From positions 1 through 51,436 of the forward strand of contig NW_021834025.1 in assembly GCF_006345805.1 (NCBI RefSeq): a stretch of DNA of 51,436 nt, given 5' to 3'. This document shows positions 1 through 12,380 of the stretch, in pieces. How positions within the stretch are numbered: the first letter of the stretch is position 1; each line of letters starts with the position of its first letter. The translations under genes and the position numbers were made by a program. The stretch comes from Octopus sinensis. Taxonomy: Eukaryota. Under the pieces are notes generated by a model. It was given only the letters and a program-made list of their open reading frames with translations. It was not told the origin of the DNA and searched no databases.

Positions 1-111
1 TAGAAGCATTGCCAGATCAGACTAGTGCCTGGTGCAGCCTCCTGGCTTTCCAGACCCTAGTCGAATCCATGCCAGCATGGAAAACGTACGTTAAAGGATG
101 ATGATGATGAT
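1..111 (+). mobile_element. 3' tail of RTE LINE / RTE-tailed SINE (truncated by window edge)
   Basis: catggaaaacgtacgttaaaggatgatgatgatg matches the tail of the RT-encoding RTE copy ending at about 26064. Confidence 0.75.
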
Positions 112-153
112 ACCCCTTCACTCACTCACACAGAGAGACAAACACACCATACA

Positions 154-1117
154 TCTTTATATATATAAAACTGAGAATGTGTGTCTGTCTGTCTGTGTGT
201 TTCCCTAAAACTTGAGAACTACACAACCAATTTCATTCAAATTTTACACATGCCTTACTTAGGGTCCATGTAGTTTCATGGGCAACAAAAATGTTCAACT
301 TCTTGCCTAGAGCGAGCCCATAGCAATATCATATTTCTCCACTATTTCAGTATTACGTGTTAAAAGTGAAGCAAAAACATTTCTCGATTATGTCAGATAC
401 TTTCACTTTAACCAATAAAAAAATAATAACAATGAATTATATGTAGTAAGTAAATTAAAATCTAACTAAAGTATAATTAATCGTAACATAACAAAAGTAA
501 AAATAGCAATTGGTATAAAATTGCATCAATGACTTGAACTTGAATAAGTGGTTTCACATGAATGGGAATAAAATTAAAAATAAAATTAGCCTGCAGAAAT
601 GGAATAGTCAGATGGATAAAAAAAATTAAATTAAAGAAAGACTATTGTCTATAAAGTATACAATGTAGAGAAAAAAGAAGATTTGAAACACATGGAGGAA
701 AGCCACCTTCGAAAAGTGTCTTGGTGGGACTATGAAAGATATCTAATCAGAGGCAGTAAATTCGCCACAATAGAAGCAAGGTTCGAGTCAACGGAGTGTG
801 CAAGGGAGTACTCGACTCGAACTTGCAAAGTGGAAATATTTTATCTTTACCTTTATATCTGGGACGTAGGACATCCCGGAAAAAAATTTTAAATCCCACC
901 CCCACCCCAAGGGAGGACAAGATACAATTGATCAAAATTACAAGAGACGGGCTAACAATTATATATTTTGAGTATTGTTATCACTAGCGATATCAAGATA
1001 TAACTTTGTATTTTGTATTTTATTTGTAGATGTATATATATAGATGTACATGTAATATATACACATATATACATGCACTAGTACTATGACCCGGCAACAA
1101 TGGGTCTTTAATGCTAG
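154..1117 (+). mobile_element. Complete non-autonomous Helitron (about 964 bp)
   Basis: 5' A|TCtttatatatataaaa. 3' hairpin gaccc(1088-1092)/gggtc(1102-1106), then CTAG (1114-1117)|T. A/T target with no TSD. A partial inverted copy lies at 23167-23392. Confidence 0.75.
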
Positions 1118-2475
1118 TAAATATATACAAAAGTATATACCAAAGGATGTGTGTGGTTGTGACTGACTAGAAATACATAGAAATGAAAACGAAAATAGAT
1201 AAAAAAAAATTCACGTAAAGTAACAAAGGGTGTGTGTTCCAGCAAAATAATGTTCATAGTTTTTGGATACCTCGTGTTGAATTGCAAAATTTTAACGTGA
1301 TATTTGTGTAATGAAGAAATAACTTGGAGAATGTGTCTCTGTGAGAGAGAGAGAGAGAACATTGCAAACAATGAATGAGATGGACATGGAATTAAAAAAT
1401 TGTATAAATAAAAGCATGTTGAAAACTGTCTTGTACAGAATATCTAAATTTGTGAACTTAGTAAAGATTTTTTTCAGTAATTTATCGTAGTTGCTTACAA
1501 ATAGCAAATTTAAACTTGAAATGAAAGCATTAAAATTAGACAGGGACAGATTTTGCTGTTTTTATGTCAATACTGGAAGTTGACATTGAGAAATGTTTTT
1601 AAAGAAGTAAATCTAATGTAATAATATCCCAAGGTATATTTGTAGAGAATTTCAGTGAAAAATATCCATTTTCGAGAAAGTTAAGACAAAATGAAGTAGA
1701 CCCCGGTGAATTTTCAGAAATTCCCCACCCCATCCTAAAACACTTACCCCACCAAAATTTAATAAATTTGAAAAGGATATAATATAACACATATATATAG
1801 AAAATTTTATTAAAAAATATCCATTTTTCTGAAAGTTATGATCATTGAAATTGGGTGGTGGTGGGGCAGAAATCTGTAGTTAAACCAACAAATTTGACAC
1901 TTCCCTTTTAGGCATGGTTATATATGTATACAGAAATGCACGAACTTCCATGTTATTGTTTTCACTGTAAGTCTAACTTTTCAATTGCTATTTACAAACA
2001 AACAACGACAAATTACTGACAGAAAGAAGTTCACATTTACTGATGTAAGTAATTCACTGACTGAAGTATCTTCATGAATTTCACTTCAATCCATACGGTC
2101 TTGTGTTTTTCTATTGTTGACAGTTTCTTTTTGGTTCTTTCGATACTGGCTCTTCGGTTCACTGACTCACAAATTTTGCTTCAACCCATACAATACTTTA
2201 TTTTCCATTCACTTTTCTTAATTACTTTCTGCCCATCATATAAAGAAACAGTGGCATATGAAAATTGAAAGTAAAAAGAATAGCGTCTGAAAAATGAAAG
2301 TCAAAACAAAAGATATAGATAGAGAGATATGTTACAGAGAGATAGAGATAAATAGAAAGAGATGGATAGACAGATATACATAAAGAGATATGTTAGGTCA
2401 CTGATGCTAGAAGGCCAGAAGTAAATATTTTAAAATCTTTGAAAGATGTGAATGTAATATAAAATATTATGTACA

Positions 2476-2590
<115 letters not shown>

Positions 2591-3165
2591 GCGAGAAAGA
2601 AGCAACAAGATGGATAGGTTCTTAGTACGATCGTTTCATACAAGGACAGGTTTTATTAAAAGTTGCAAAGATTACAGCATATAAACGAGTCCCGTACTCA
2701 TCAGCTAAAATACATGTAAGTTCTCTAGACATCCTAGTGTTTGAGGCTATACTCATGAAGTAATGTAGATAATTAAACAGATTTCTAAAGTTCATTAAAG
2801 TTCTTTAAAGATGATGTACAGTCTTATCACAGAATTTTAAAAAAGTTTTGCTAGCATCACAGAGAAGGTGACCTAATCCATATGAATTTCCATAGATATG
2901 ATGAGGGATTATATACTCACAGAAGACAAATTTATCCATTGTTAATTACAACGAGGTGGGTCTCAATTCCTGCTTATTAGCATTACAGAGAGCATTACAT
3001 GAGTATAGCCTCAAACACTAGGATGTCTAGAGAACTTACATGTATTTTAGCTGATGAGTACGGGACTCGTTTATATGCTGTAATCTTTGCAACTTTTAAT
3101 AAAACCTGTCCTTGTATGAAACGATCGTACTAAGAACCTATCCATTCTTGTTGCTTCTTTCTCGC
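2591..3165. repeat. Near-perfect inverted repeat (arms 2591-2757 and 2998-3165, about 167 bp; about 240-bp spacer), probable Penelope-like pLTR fold-back
   Basis: Arms are reverse complements with one 1-bp indel seen, and each carries a hammerhead motif. Confidence 0.9.
3045..3135 (+). ncRNA. Type I hammerhead ribozyme motif (mirror copy on - strand at about 2620-2710)
   Basis: Stem I UUUUAG/CUAAGA; core CUGAUGA 3051-3057; stem II GUACGGGAC/GUCCUUGUAU; GAAAC 3118-3122; palindromic helix III ACGAUCGU; predicted cleavage after GUA (3129). Confidence 0.75.
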
Positions 3166-4203
3166 TTATAATCACCCCACATTACTGTATTGTTAAATCA
3201 GTATAGTTTTTTTTTTTGGTGCATCTAAGTTAGGTACCATATTCAAGTATATTTTTTTAAATTAACTTGAATCTTTATTGCTCTTTGAGTATATATATAT
3301 ATATATATATTCAAATGAATTAGGTACTTCAGTTGAGGCACCAGAATTTAGTACGGTATTATCCATACAGTTTCAAAGTAAGGTGATTAAAATAAAAATA
3401 AGCAACAGGATATCCAGAGGTACTGCAGTACAATCATTTAAAGCGACTCCATTTAATTGAAAGATGCGACCATTACATCAATTTAAATGCACAGCAGTCC
3501 TCAGCTGCATCAATACATAGAATTAAATTAAATTAAAACAGATGGACACATTAGTATAATTTTACTTAAAACCTCCAAGAAGGTAAGGGGATAGACAAAA
3601 AAAACATGTTCTCTTCACTTCAGCTTATAAGCTACTAAGGTGTCAGGAAGATAGACTTGTTAGAGATCTAGCTTGTCACTGTTTTTTTGGGGATCAGTTA
3701 ATTTATAGTCTTGTTTATCAAATCTTTGTATATCAAAATCTAAGGCCAAGAAACAAGGAGCAGTGTCTGTTAGGAAAAGGGCTGAGGAAGTCAACAGAAA
3801 TCATAGTAGGTATAGTCATAAAACTTTTGAGATTAATTTGAAGCAATATAATGAGATTTGGTAAAGGAAATCTTAAATCAGTATGTTAGTTATCAATTAA
3901 AAGGGCAAGACTCTAGTAAAACCAATGATGATAATACTGGGGAAATTTTATCCTGGGGTACTATAGTTGAATACTTAAAACAATATTGCTATATTGTATA
4001 AAGTTAAAATTATGGGTTATCAAGAAGAATATTATAACCAAAAGGATAAAAGTTTTTGAATACTATTGAGTATATACCAAATTTTACCACAATAGAGGGA
4101 GGAAAGAAATTACATAGAAATAGTTTAATATCTATTCAAATTATAAACTTAAATATTAACTTATTAGATGGTATCTAAGATTAATCATTGGCATTTACTG
4201 GTA

Positions 4204-4347
4204 TTTATAAAAGAGTACTGAGGTGAAAGAACATGCTAACTATATATTAATTAAATTATAATCTAAACAGTTTATTTTATAAAAGAGTACTGAGGTGAAA
4301 GAACATGCTAACTATATATTAATCAAATTATAATCTAAACAGTTTAT
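4204..4347. repeat. 72-bp tandem duplication (2 copies)
   Basis: tttataaaagagtactgaggtgaaagaacatgctaac... repeats at offset 72 with about 1 mismatch. Confidence 0.9.
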
Positions 4348-4572
4348 TATAAGTTGTGAAGATACCGGTATAAGCTGAGTATGAATTTCTAGGGGTACAA
4401 AAGTTAGGTTTATTTCATAAAGGCTATTATAAAATAATAAAATGATCAGGTGGGGTAGAACACCACAGAAAAGGAATAAAATAGTGTAATCACTAAAACC
4501 ATGATGAAGTATATATACCTTATTAACATCAATAGAAAAGATTTATGGAAAATGTATAATTCAAGTATTTAA

Positions 4573-5654
4573 CCCTTTCGTTACTATACACCCCTCATGA
4601 ATTTCAATTAAATTCTAAAATAATCATGAATCTAGGCTTGTTTCATTAAATAACTGTAACTTTTTTACTTATCAACATGTTAATGTGAATTTGGAACATA
4701 ATTAAAGAAAGGGTTCTTAATCAATTCTATTGCATAACTTTTGTCTCAAAGTGACTTTAATTACAGGTAAATCCAGGTAAATTGAGCAAAAGGTAAAAAT
4801 ATTAAAATTTTAAAATGAGCAAAAGGTAAAAATATTAAAATTTTGTTTAAACATCACCATAGAAAATGAATCATCAGCTAATATTCAAATGGGTATGCAA
4901 CAAAATTTTGATAAAGAAGAATTGTGCACATCACTATATCATCAGTTGAATTTAATGCACAACAGGTGTACCATAAAGGTGGAATAAACTGAAATATTGG
5001 AATCCACCGTAAGTTTGACCGAATTAAAGAAATCGGTCAAAAAATAATATACGGCCCTGGTTATGGTATGGAAGTGATAAATTCCAGACCACATCGTTCC
5101 CTAGGCCATGCTGACTAACATTATTTTCCCCTGTATAAAAACTAAATCCACGCAGTACCCAGTATTTGCTTCACAAATTTTCCGAAATTTGAACCCCCAT
5201 TTTGTGTTTGTTTACAATCTGCGTAAGTTTGTTTCCGCATTGATCGCCTCAAACAATAACTTCCAGACCACATCATACCCTAAGCCATGCTGACTAACAT
5301 TAGTTTCCCTGTATAAAAACTAAATCCACAACAGTACTCAGTATTTGTTTCACAAATTTTCCAATTCGGAATCAATGCTTGATAACATGAAACTCCTATC
5401 TATTTTCAAAGTTGAAGAAAAATCGATGCCGAAAAAAATGTGGAAAAAAATCTCCCAAAATTCGGGGAATTAAAATTACATGTCGATCTTTGTACAAAAC
5501 TGTAGATGAACTGTTTACGAAGCATAATCACGTGTTTTCACGAATGTACTAAAGAGATTTGCTCTGATATTCTCATTTAAATATGAATAGGTAAATTTGG
5601 GCGGTTTGGTCACATTAACCAAAATTTTTTTCGGGCGGTTTGGTAACGAAAGGG
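4573..5654 (-). mobile_element. Non-autonomous piggyBac-derived element (copy 1)
   Basis: TTAA at 4569-4572 and 5655-5658; TIR CCCTTTCGTTAC/GTAACGAAAGGG. Ends are shared with 38743-39826 in opposite orientation. Internal about 100-bp direct repeat (about 5080 and 5262) and 33-bp duplication (4783-4844). Confidence 0.9.
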
Positions 5655-5974
5655 TTAAACTAAAAAATGTTTATTTACTTATTTAGTTTGTATCTATAAA
5701 GACTGACACTGGCATTAACTAAAGGAATATTGATATTATAGGACATGCTAACTATATACCAATTATAAACTAAGAGGTATAATATAGGTTTTAAAAGTTT
5801 TTAGTGTTAATCCATACATGATATAGTTTTTTAGGGGTATTTAATTAGAAGAGCTACTTACATAAAGGCCCTTATAAATACTAAGATCCAAGGTGCAGGT
5901 AGAAGGCCCACATGAATATAGAACTTAAATAAGGAGCTTCTGAAAATTCGTGCGAAACCTTTTTTTTTATTCTC

Positions 5975-6245
5975 ATAGAAATTCCTTCCAATACCCCGAA
6001 AATAGGATGAAGACCAGCCTGGCAAAATTTGTCTGGGAATTAAAAGAAAATGAAACCTGACCTTTCAATGTGATATGGAGAATTTTAGATAGCTTCACTT
6101 TACAGACTCGGTGCACATAAAAGACCTGTCAGATGTGATTTATGCCTGTTGGAAAAATTTTATATTCTATTCCAGGACAGTAGCGCTTTAAATCAAAGGC
6201 GTGAACTCTTGAATTCCTACAGATGCACAACTAAATTTAAAATGT
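5975..6245 (+). pseudogene. Decayed Penelope-like GIY-YIG endonuclease C-terminal fragment
   Basis: Translates with stops and frameshifts as SFQYPENRMKTSLAKFVWELKEN...WRILD...CDLCLLEKFYI...ALNQRRELL, resembling the PLE motif ..LSKYIWELK..W.IL..C.LCL.EK..LNKRSEL. Confidence 0.65.
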
Positions 6246-7288
6246 CGGCTAACAAAATACCATATGGATAGTATATATTTTTGATTTTTGGACTAGTTTT
6301 TAATCACGCTGTTGGATTTGTTTGTTATAATACATGATTTATTTTGCATCAGAAAGATATTGTATATATTTTGACATATTTCTTAAGAAAACCTTTAACT
6401 GTTATATTCATATATTATTTTCATGTTTAAGATTCTACTTTTATTTATTTTATTTTATTTCATTTTATTGTATTTTATAAACCCATTTAATCGTTTAATT
6501 TATAGATAATTTGATATAGGGTGTTATATTTTGCATGCCTTTTATCCAAATTTTATCATTATACACTCAGCAATTTGTTTAAAACATTGTTTGTATATAT
6601 ACGTTCGAACCTAGATATGTTTTATGTGGATGTGTGTATTGTAGGCATGCATATGTATTTGTATGTGTACGTCTATGTATATGTGTAAGCGTGTATGTGT
6701 ATACTTGTGCACATACATACATGGATGTAAATGTATGCATTTATACACTTATTTGTGTGGATGTGTATTTACGTGCATATTTCCATATATTTATGTAATC
6801 TTATATGTGTATTTATGCTAATATACACTTTTGTATACATATATATATGTAATTTTATTTTGTGTACGTTTGTTACACATATTCAGCCACCTATCTTTCT
6901 TTCTTGTTTGTTTCCTTACAAGAAGTATCCTTTCTCTCCCTATTTGTCACTTGTATAGCGTCTTTTAACAATGCACTCCACTTCTTTTCCCCCTTACTTT
7001 CCTCTTTCCCTCATTAACTGTTACATTTAAGATCCTTCCTTTCCTTTTTCTTTTCCCCTCCCTGTGTTTTAAAATTGACTTCTCATCTAGCTTGTCTGTT
7101 ATAACTTCTATATGTATACACCAAGTGATTTTCACATGCAAGCATGGTTGCATACACATATGTACATGTGTATATGTGTATTTGTGCGTATATTTATGTC
7201 TTATATATGTCTGTATACGTATGTAGCCTGTGTGCATCCTTCTGTGTATTTTGATGTATATATGTATCGTATAGATGGTATAGTATAC

Positions 7289-7510
7289 TCTTTTACTTGT
7301 TTCAGTCATTTGACTGTGGCCATGCTGGAGCACCACCTTTAGTTGAGCACATTAACCCAGGACTTATTCTTTGTAAGCCTAGTACTTATTCTATCAGTCT
7401 CTTTTGCCGAACTGCTAAGTTACGGGGACGTAAACATAACAGCATTGGTTGTCAAGCGATGTTGGCGGGGCAAACACAGACACACAAACATATACACACA
7501 CACACACACA
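7289..7510 (-). mobile_element. SINE 3' part (same family as 13463-13856 and 35405-35590)
   Basis: Shared block ttacttgtttcagtcatttgactg...gtacttattctatc...ctaagttacgggg. Confidence 0.75.
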
Positions 7511-7902
7511 CGCAAACACAAACACACCCACACACAACAAAGTGACGTAAGGTACTGCACAAGTGGAAATATATAAGAAAGAAGGTTTGAAAATGCAATT
7601 TTAAAGATGTTTATTCACTTGACTGGTTTCACTTTTTTAGAAAAAGATTGTCAAAAGTAAAATGTAAAGCTTTGTATAAGCTTTGTTGTGTTAAGTACTG
7701 GTTGTCACGAAAGTATTAAAATACATATATACATTCTTTGATGATGATAATAAGAAAATGTTAAAAACAGTTTACAATGCAATATCTGAGAATATATTAA
7801 GCAAAAAGTATTAGGAGTTCAATAAAAATCATGTTTGTTTGGAAGTATCTATATACATACACAGAAAAAGTATTAGGAGTTCAATTATAATCATATTGGT
7901 AG

Positions 7903-7961
<59 letters not shown>

Positions 7962-8766
7962 GAAGGAGATATATTTAGGAGTTTACAAAGAATTTGAGAT
8001 GAACTGACCTGTTTTAGCATTTTTATTTTGTGTGAAGCTAAGGGTTGTTTGCTATTTTAAGGGACAGTGTGGGATGTTGGTTGGGATGGGGGAAGGAAGA
8101 GCAATTTGGAATTGAAAGGATTTTTTTGTTTCTGGGTTAGTCAGTCATGGTTCAGTGGTTTTGGGGATTGGTCTTAGAGGTCAGAATGGTGTGTGTATCT
8201 CTGTGTACATCTCTATGTGTGTGTGTATATGCATGTGTTTCTGTGTGTGGGCCGTTTTTGATTGGTCCCTGGGTTTATTATGGTGTGTGTAAAAGTGTCT
8301 GTATGTTTTATATTTGGTAGGATGGTGTGTATATATGTGTATGATTAATATTTGTTAGGATGTTGTGTGTGTATATGTTTGTTCGCGCACGTGTGTATTT
8401 GTGCATCTGGGCGCGTGTGTATGCTTGTGTGTTTTTTTGTGTTGGTGGGGATGTTATGTGTGTGTACGTGAGTGTGTGTGTACATGAGTGTGTGTGTGTG
8501 TGTGAGCAACCGTACCCTCACACACATATATGGCAGTGTAAGGATCACCAGTGTAGATAAGGTTAGGTTTTTTGCATTTTCATCCCATGGTGAGCAATAC
8601 TTATTGAGAGACTCTAGTTGGTATTTTTCTCACTTTAAGCAGTATACCATAACCAAGGAGTAACACAGTGGTGTTGGCAACTAGTGTGACATTGTGTTTA
8701 AAGAATGGGTAGGTTGCAGTTATTCATCCATACATTTAGGTAAAGTGTACTTACTTACTTGTACTT

Positions 8767-9125
8767 GTGACGGTGTTCACCCAGGGCAGGTTGAGCTGGC
8801 TTCTTCTTTGGTCCTGACAGCATAGAAGTTTTGTGGGAATATTGAATTCATAAGTGGTCCCCAACATCCCGCATGCATATTCCAAGTGATGGGACACCCT
8901 ATTTGCTGCGGAGTCTCCATAGACGCAGGGACAGAACTACCTCGAAGCCGCCAGTTGCCGATCAGATGCCTCTTGGAATTTTCACCAGGCTGCGGCCCTA
9001 ATACCACTCGGTGCCAGACCAATTCACCTTGGGTGGCCCTACCAGGAACCAAAGTTCCTGACGGCATAGCTCTGGCACTGCCTGTTTACACCACCCTACC
9101 ACTTTGAGGAGGGGTTGGACTTTAG
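8767..9125 (-). mobile_element. Probable 5' fragment of an RTE/BovB-like LINE (5'UTR plus start of APE)
   Basis: GC-rich island; the - strand gives ...IGCPITWNMH, resembling the APE start motif TWNV. Heavily decayed. Confidence 0.4.
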
Positions 9126-9337
9126 GGTAGAGGTAAAGTGTAGTTATTCATTTAGTCGATGATTACTCTAATTCATGCCCACTGTGCATTTAGTATCATG
9201 CAAGCATCTTGACAGAAATCCTATTAATGTGCTTCTCATTGGTCCACAAAATGGACAGCAATTCCTCAGAGCACAATCTGCATCTCCTGGAAAGGACATT
9301 GTACAATTGTGCATATCTTATTATGGACTAAGTGTAT

Positions 9338-9700
9338 AGCACTTTTCTAATGACTGATAAGGGAGACAAGTACCCTATGACAATTGAGATGGAGTCATAT
9401 CATCAATGATTTCAGATTTGACTAATTTTCATCAGTGACACATTACTCCTTCACCGAAGGCTACAAATTTAACTCACCTTGTCAGTCTTATAGAAGACAT
9501 CATAGGAAACACTGATTCTGAAAATGGTGAAGTGAGAATTATAAATTAAGGTGGCTATTGGCAATTTACAACTGAAAAACAACAAGTGTAGTTGTCACTA
9601 AAGTGACTGAGCGTGATAGTTAGCACCAGCATTGCTAGAAATAAGAGTCAAAATAACACTTAGCTATGTGCTCTCCCTTGTCAGTCATTAGAAACGTGCT
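9338..9700. mobile_element. Candidate 363-bp MITE
   Basis: 29-bp terminal inverted repeats (9338-9366 and 9672-9700) with 2 mismatches; no clear TSD. Confidence 0.45.
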
Positions 9701-10099
9701 CTCATGTGGTTAATAGTGTAGCTAAGAGCTGACCATATCCTGAATAGAAACTTGCTGTTCCATTCAGAAGAATTCTTTTCAATTCAATATAATTTCTGGA
9801 ATTTGATCCCTTGAACCGTTTTCCTGACTCCTACATAGACAACATATATAAGAAGCGGTTCTAAGATGAAATTTCACTCATTTTCTTAACTATGCAAAAA
9901 ATATGAAAACAAACTGGTTTTAATTTCCAATGTTTTCTTATTCTTATTTCGGTTCTTAATATTTTGTTAAGATGGACATACATATTGAAATTGGTAGTTT
10001 TATAAAAAGTCACTCAATGTAAACAAATATAAAACAGTCTTTAAACATAATCTCATGCTGTTTCCACCTTTATTTTTAGCTATAACGTTTGAGTTGTAT

Positions 10100-11200
10100 G
10101 GATTCTTAATGTTGCAATGCGTATGTGCAGTTATATATAACCATACGTTGTTTGATGCGTATGTGCGTGTGTGATGCTATAAATATTAAAAAAAATTAAA
10201 ATGCACATGCATACACGTGTGAGCATGTGTGGTTGTATGTATGTATTGTATGTGTATGCGTTTATGCATATATATATATATAAAATACTGTGTCGGTTTT
10301 TGTATGTATGTATGTGTAAGTGTGCGTATGTATGCTTATGCGTGTGTGTATGCGTGTGTGTGTATGTGTGTAATAGGACATATGTATGTAGAAATGGATT
10401 AGAATATACGAGTATTTTAAGATTATATGTATATTTATGAGTGTGCCTATATGATTGTGTGTACTTGCGTATATGGATATGGTTATATGTGCACAGTTGC
10501 ACTTAGGCGTTGTATTCATTCACAGTTAGACGGTGGTGAGAGGAACAAACACACACCCACACACATATATATGTGTGTGCGTCTATACAAACATATGTGA
10601 GTATGTATACAACCTTCAACAAAGTAACAGTCATGTACACAACTTGGACGGACACATGCCAGTACACGGACATACGTTCACATACACATACACATACTCT
10701 CACAGACGCGTCTGCCCATTTTCCTAGACACTCACATACATACGTAGCACATGAGTACAAACATACATACATACCTACGTATGGGCATACACACATACAT
10801 ACGCACGTACATGTACGCACACACATACATGGGCACATGCATAGGTGCGCATATACATACATACGTACGCACAATAGTAAAACAAAAGTTCTGTGATATA
10901 GAGATAAATGTCTGATAATAGGTTTTAGGGTTTTGTTTTGGGAGTGAGGGTCGTAAATCACTTCCTAGTTTCGGCGGGGGGTGGGGAGGTTGAAATTTGA
11001 TATTATTGTGATGAGTGGTCACTACATCTATCCATCACTACAGGTTTATAGCTTTATGTTTATAGTGTGTATGTGCGTGCATATACACACACATACATAT
11101 ATACATACATACATACATGCATACACAGGCGTATGTACGTACATACATACATGCATACATACGTGTATGCATACATACACACATACATACGTACATATAT
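10100..11200. repeat. Degenerate compound (TG/CA/TACA)n microsatellite tract
   Basis: Low-complexity dinucleotide and tetranucleotide repeats; source of the His/Thr- and Val/Cys-rich ORFs. Confidence 0.9.
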
Positions 11201-11204
11201 ATGA

Positions 11205-11433
11205 TGAACTAACTGTTACTTTCTCTGATGCAGCGCGGATTTTTGTCAGTGAACAGGTCGCGGATTTTAGCGACGAAAATATTTTGACAAATTAAACTTA
11301 AATGTTGAAGTGAATCGAACGGCTTTTGTGTGTTTCTTAAATGGCTTATAAACACCTTCCACGCTGCAATTGTTTTCGTTTCAGCACACGATCTCAGATC
11401 AAATCACTTGCTATGCGAGTACATCTCCGTAAT
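11205..11433 (+). mobile_element. Short repeat unit carrying a variant hammerhead (probable Penelope-like pLTR)
   Basis: GC-richer island between microsatellites containing the fold at 11242-11291; the PLE assignment is inference. Confidence 0.5.
11242..11291 (+). ncRNA. Hammerhead-like motif with G3:C8 swapped core
   Basis: Stem I UUUGUCA/UGACAAA (7 bp); core GUGAACA 11249-11255 plus an extra G; stem II GUCGC/GCGAC; GAAA 11275-11278; palindromic helix III AAUAUU; predicted cleavage after UUU (11284). Confidence 0.6.
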
Positions 11434-11444
11434 ATATATATATA

Positions 11445-11790
11445 TCATGTCTATAAAAGGAGGATGTGTGTGCGTGATTGTGATTGTAATTTATGCACGT
11501 CCACAAATTAGCATGCATGTCGCTCAAATTTTAGGAGGACATTTGTTAACATCCTATCTGGGTTTTGTCAACTTATTCCCCCCACTCCCACCAGGTACCC
11601 GTGGATAGTGTAAATATCTATTTCAGACATAGCTTTTAGCCACAAAAAATATAGGCCATTATTTTTTGACAGCGTCAAGCAAAAAAAAAAAAATAAGATA
11701 AAGAAAAGTGGAAGAAGGAGGCAGAGAGTTTCACGAGAAAGACAAAGTGAGAGAGGGAGAGAGAAAGAGAGTAATTGATGGCGTTCATAA
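11445..11790 (+). mobile_element. 5' fragment of the Helitron family seen at 16933-18610 and 28405-29449
   Basis: Shares tataaaaggaggatgtgtg...gtccacaaattagcatgcatgtcgctcaaattttaggaggacatt; A|TC at 11444/11445. Confidence 0.65.
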
Positions 11791-11899
11791 CAAATAAAAT
11801 GTAAAATGTGTTTTTTGTTTTTGAAAGACTCTATATTTTATAATCATAGTATATATACTTTCTCACATAACAATTACAATATACTGCGTTTCCTTTTGT

Positions 11900-12380
11900 T
11901 TGTTTGTGCGCATGTGTGTGGCTGTGCCTATACATGCACACATTTACGTATGTGTGTGTGTTCGCATGTGTTTGTATGTTAGATATGTAAATAAACAGAT
12001 CAATATACAGACGGATAGGTATATAGACTATATGAACAGACACATATGGAGACACGGATCCACACATATAAAGATGCACATCCATACATACAAACATGGT
12101 ACATAGTTACATAACACACACACACAGATATGCACACACAATCAGACAGAGGTGCATATACATGCTCACACATATACATAGAAAATACACAAACACGGAC
12201 AGGCAAGCACATAAATATGCAGAATACGTACATACAGATGCACACACATACATATATACATATGCATACAAACACATATATACATACACACACATGCAAA
12301 CACACACACACATACATACATACGTACATGCATGCATGTATAGGCACACACACACACTGACCCACACACATGCGCACAAA
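11900..12380. repeat. Degenerate (CA/TACA)n tract
   Basis: Seen directly. Confidence 0.85.

Noticed and set aside
3180-4200. Possible decayed LINE on the - strand
   Set aside because: No RT or APE motif could be recovered by eye in any frame.
6285-6352. Very degenerate - strand hammerhead (CUGAUGC ... AAAAC UA GUC)
   Set aside because: Two core positions are broken and spacing is off. It may be a fossil pLTR but is not supportable as a feature.
9150-9290. Minus-strand peptide RCRLCSEE...KMLA resembling a non-LTR zinc knuckle
   Set aside because: Too short, no neighbouring RT or endonuclease motifs, and the spacing does not fit convincingly.
9470-9530. Apparent 40-bp micro-exon on the - strand (ttttcAG...acaag|GTGAGT; ISVSYDVFYKTDK)
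   Set aside because: It lies inside the candidate MITE and overlaps its internal repeat, has no partner exons, and is antisense to VPS54.
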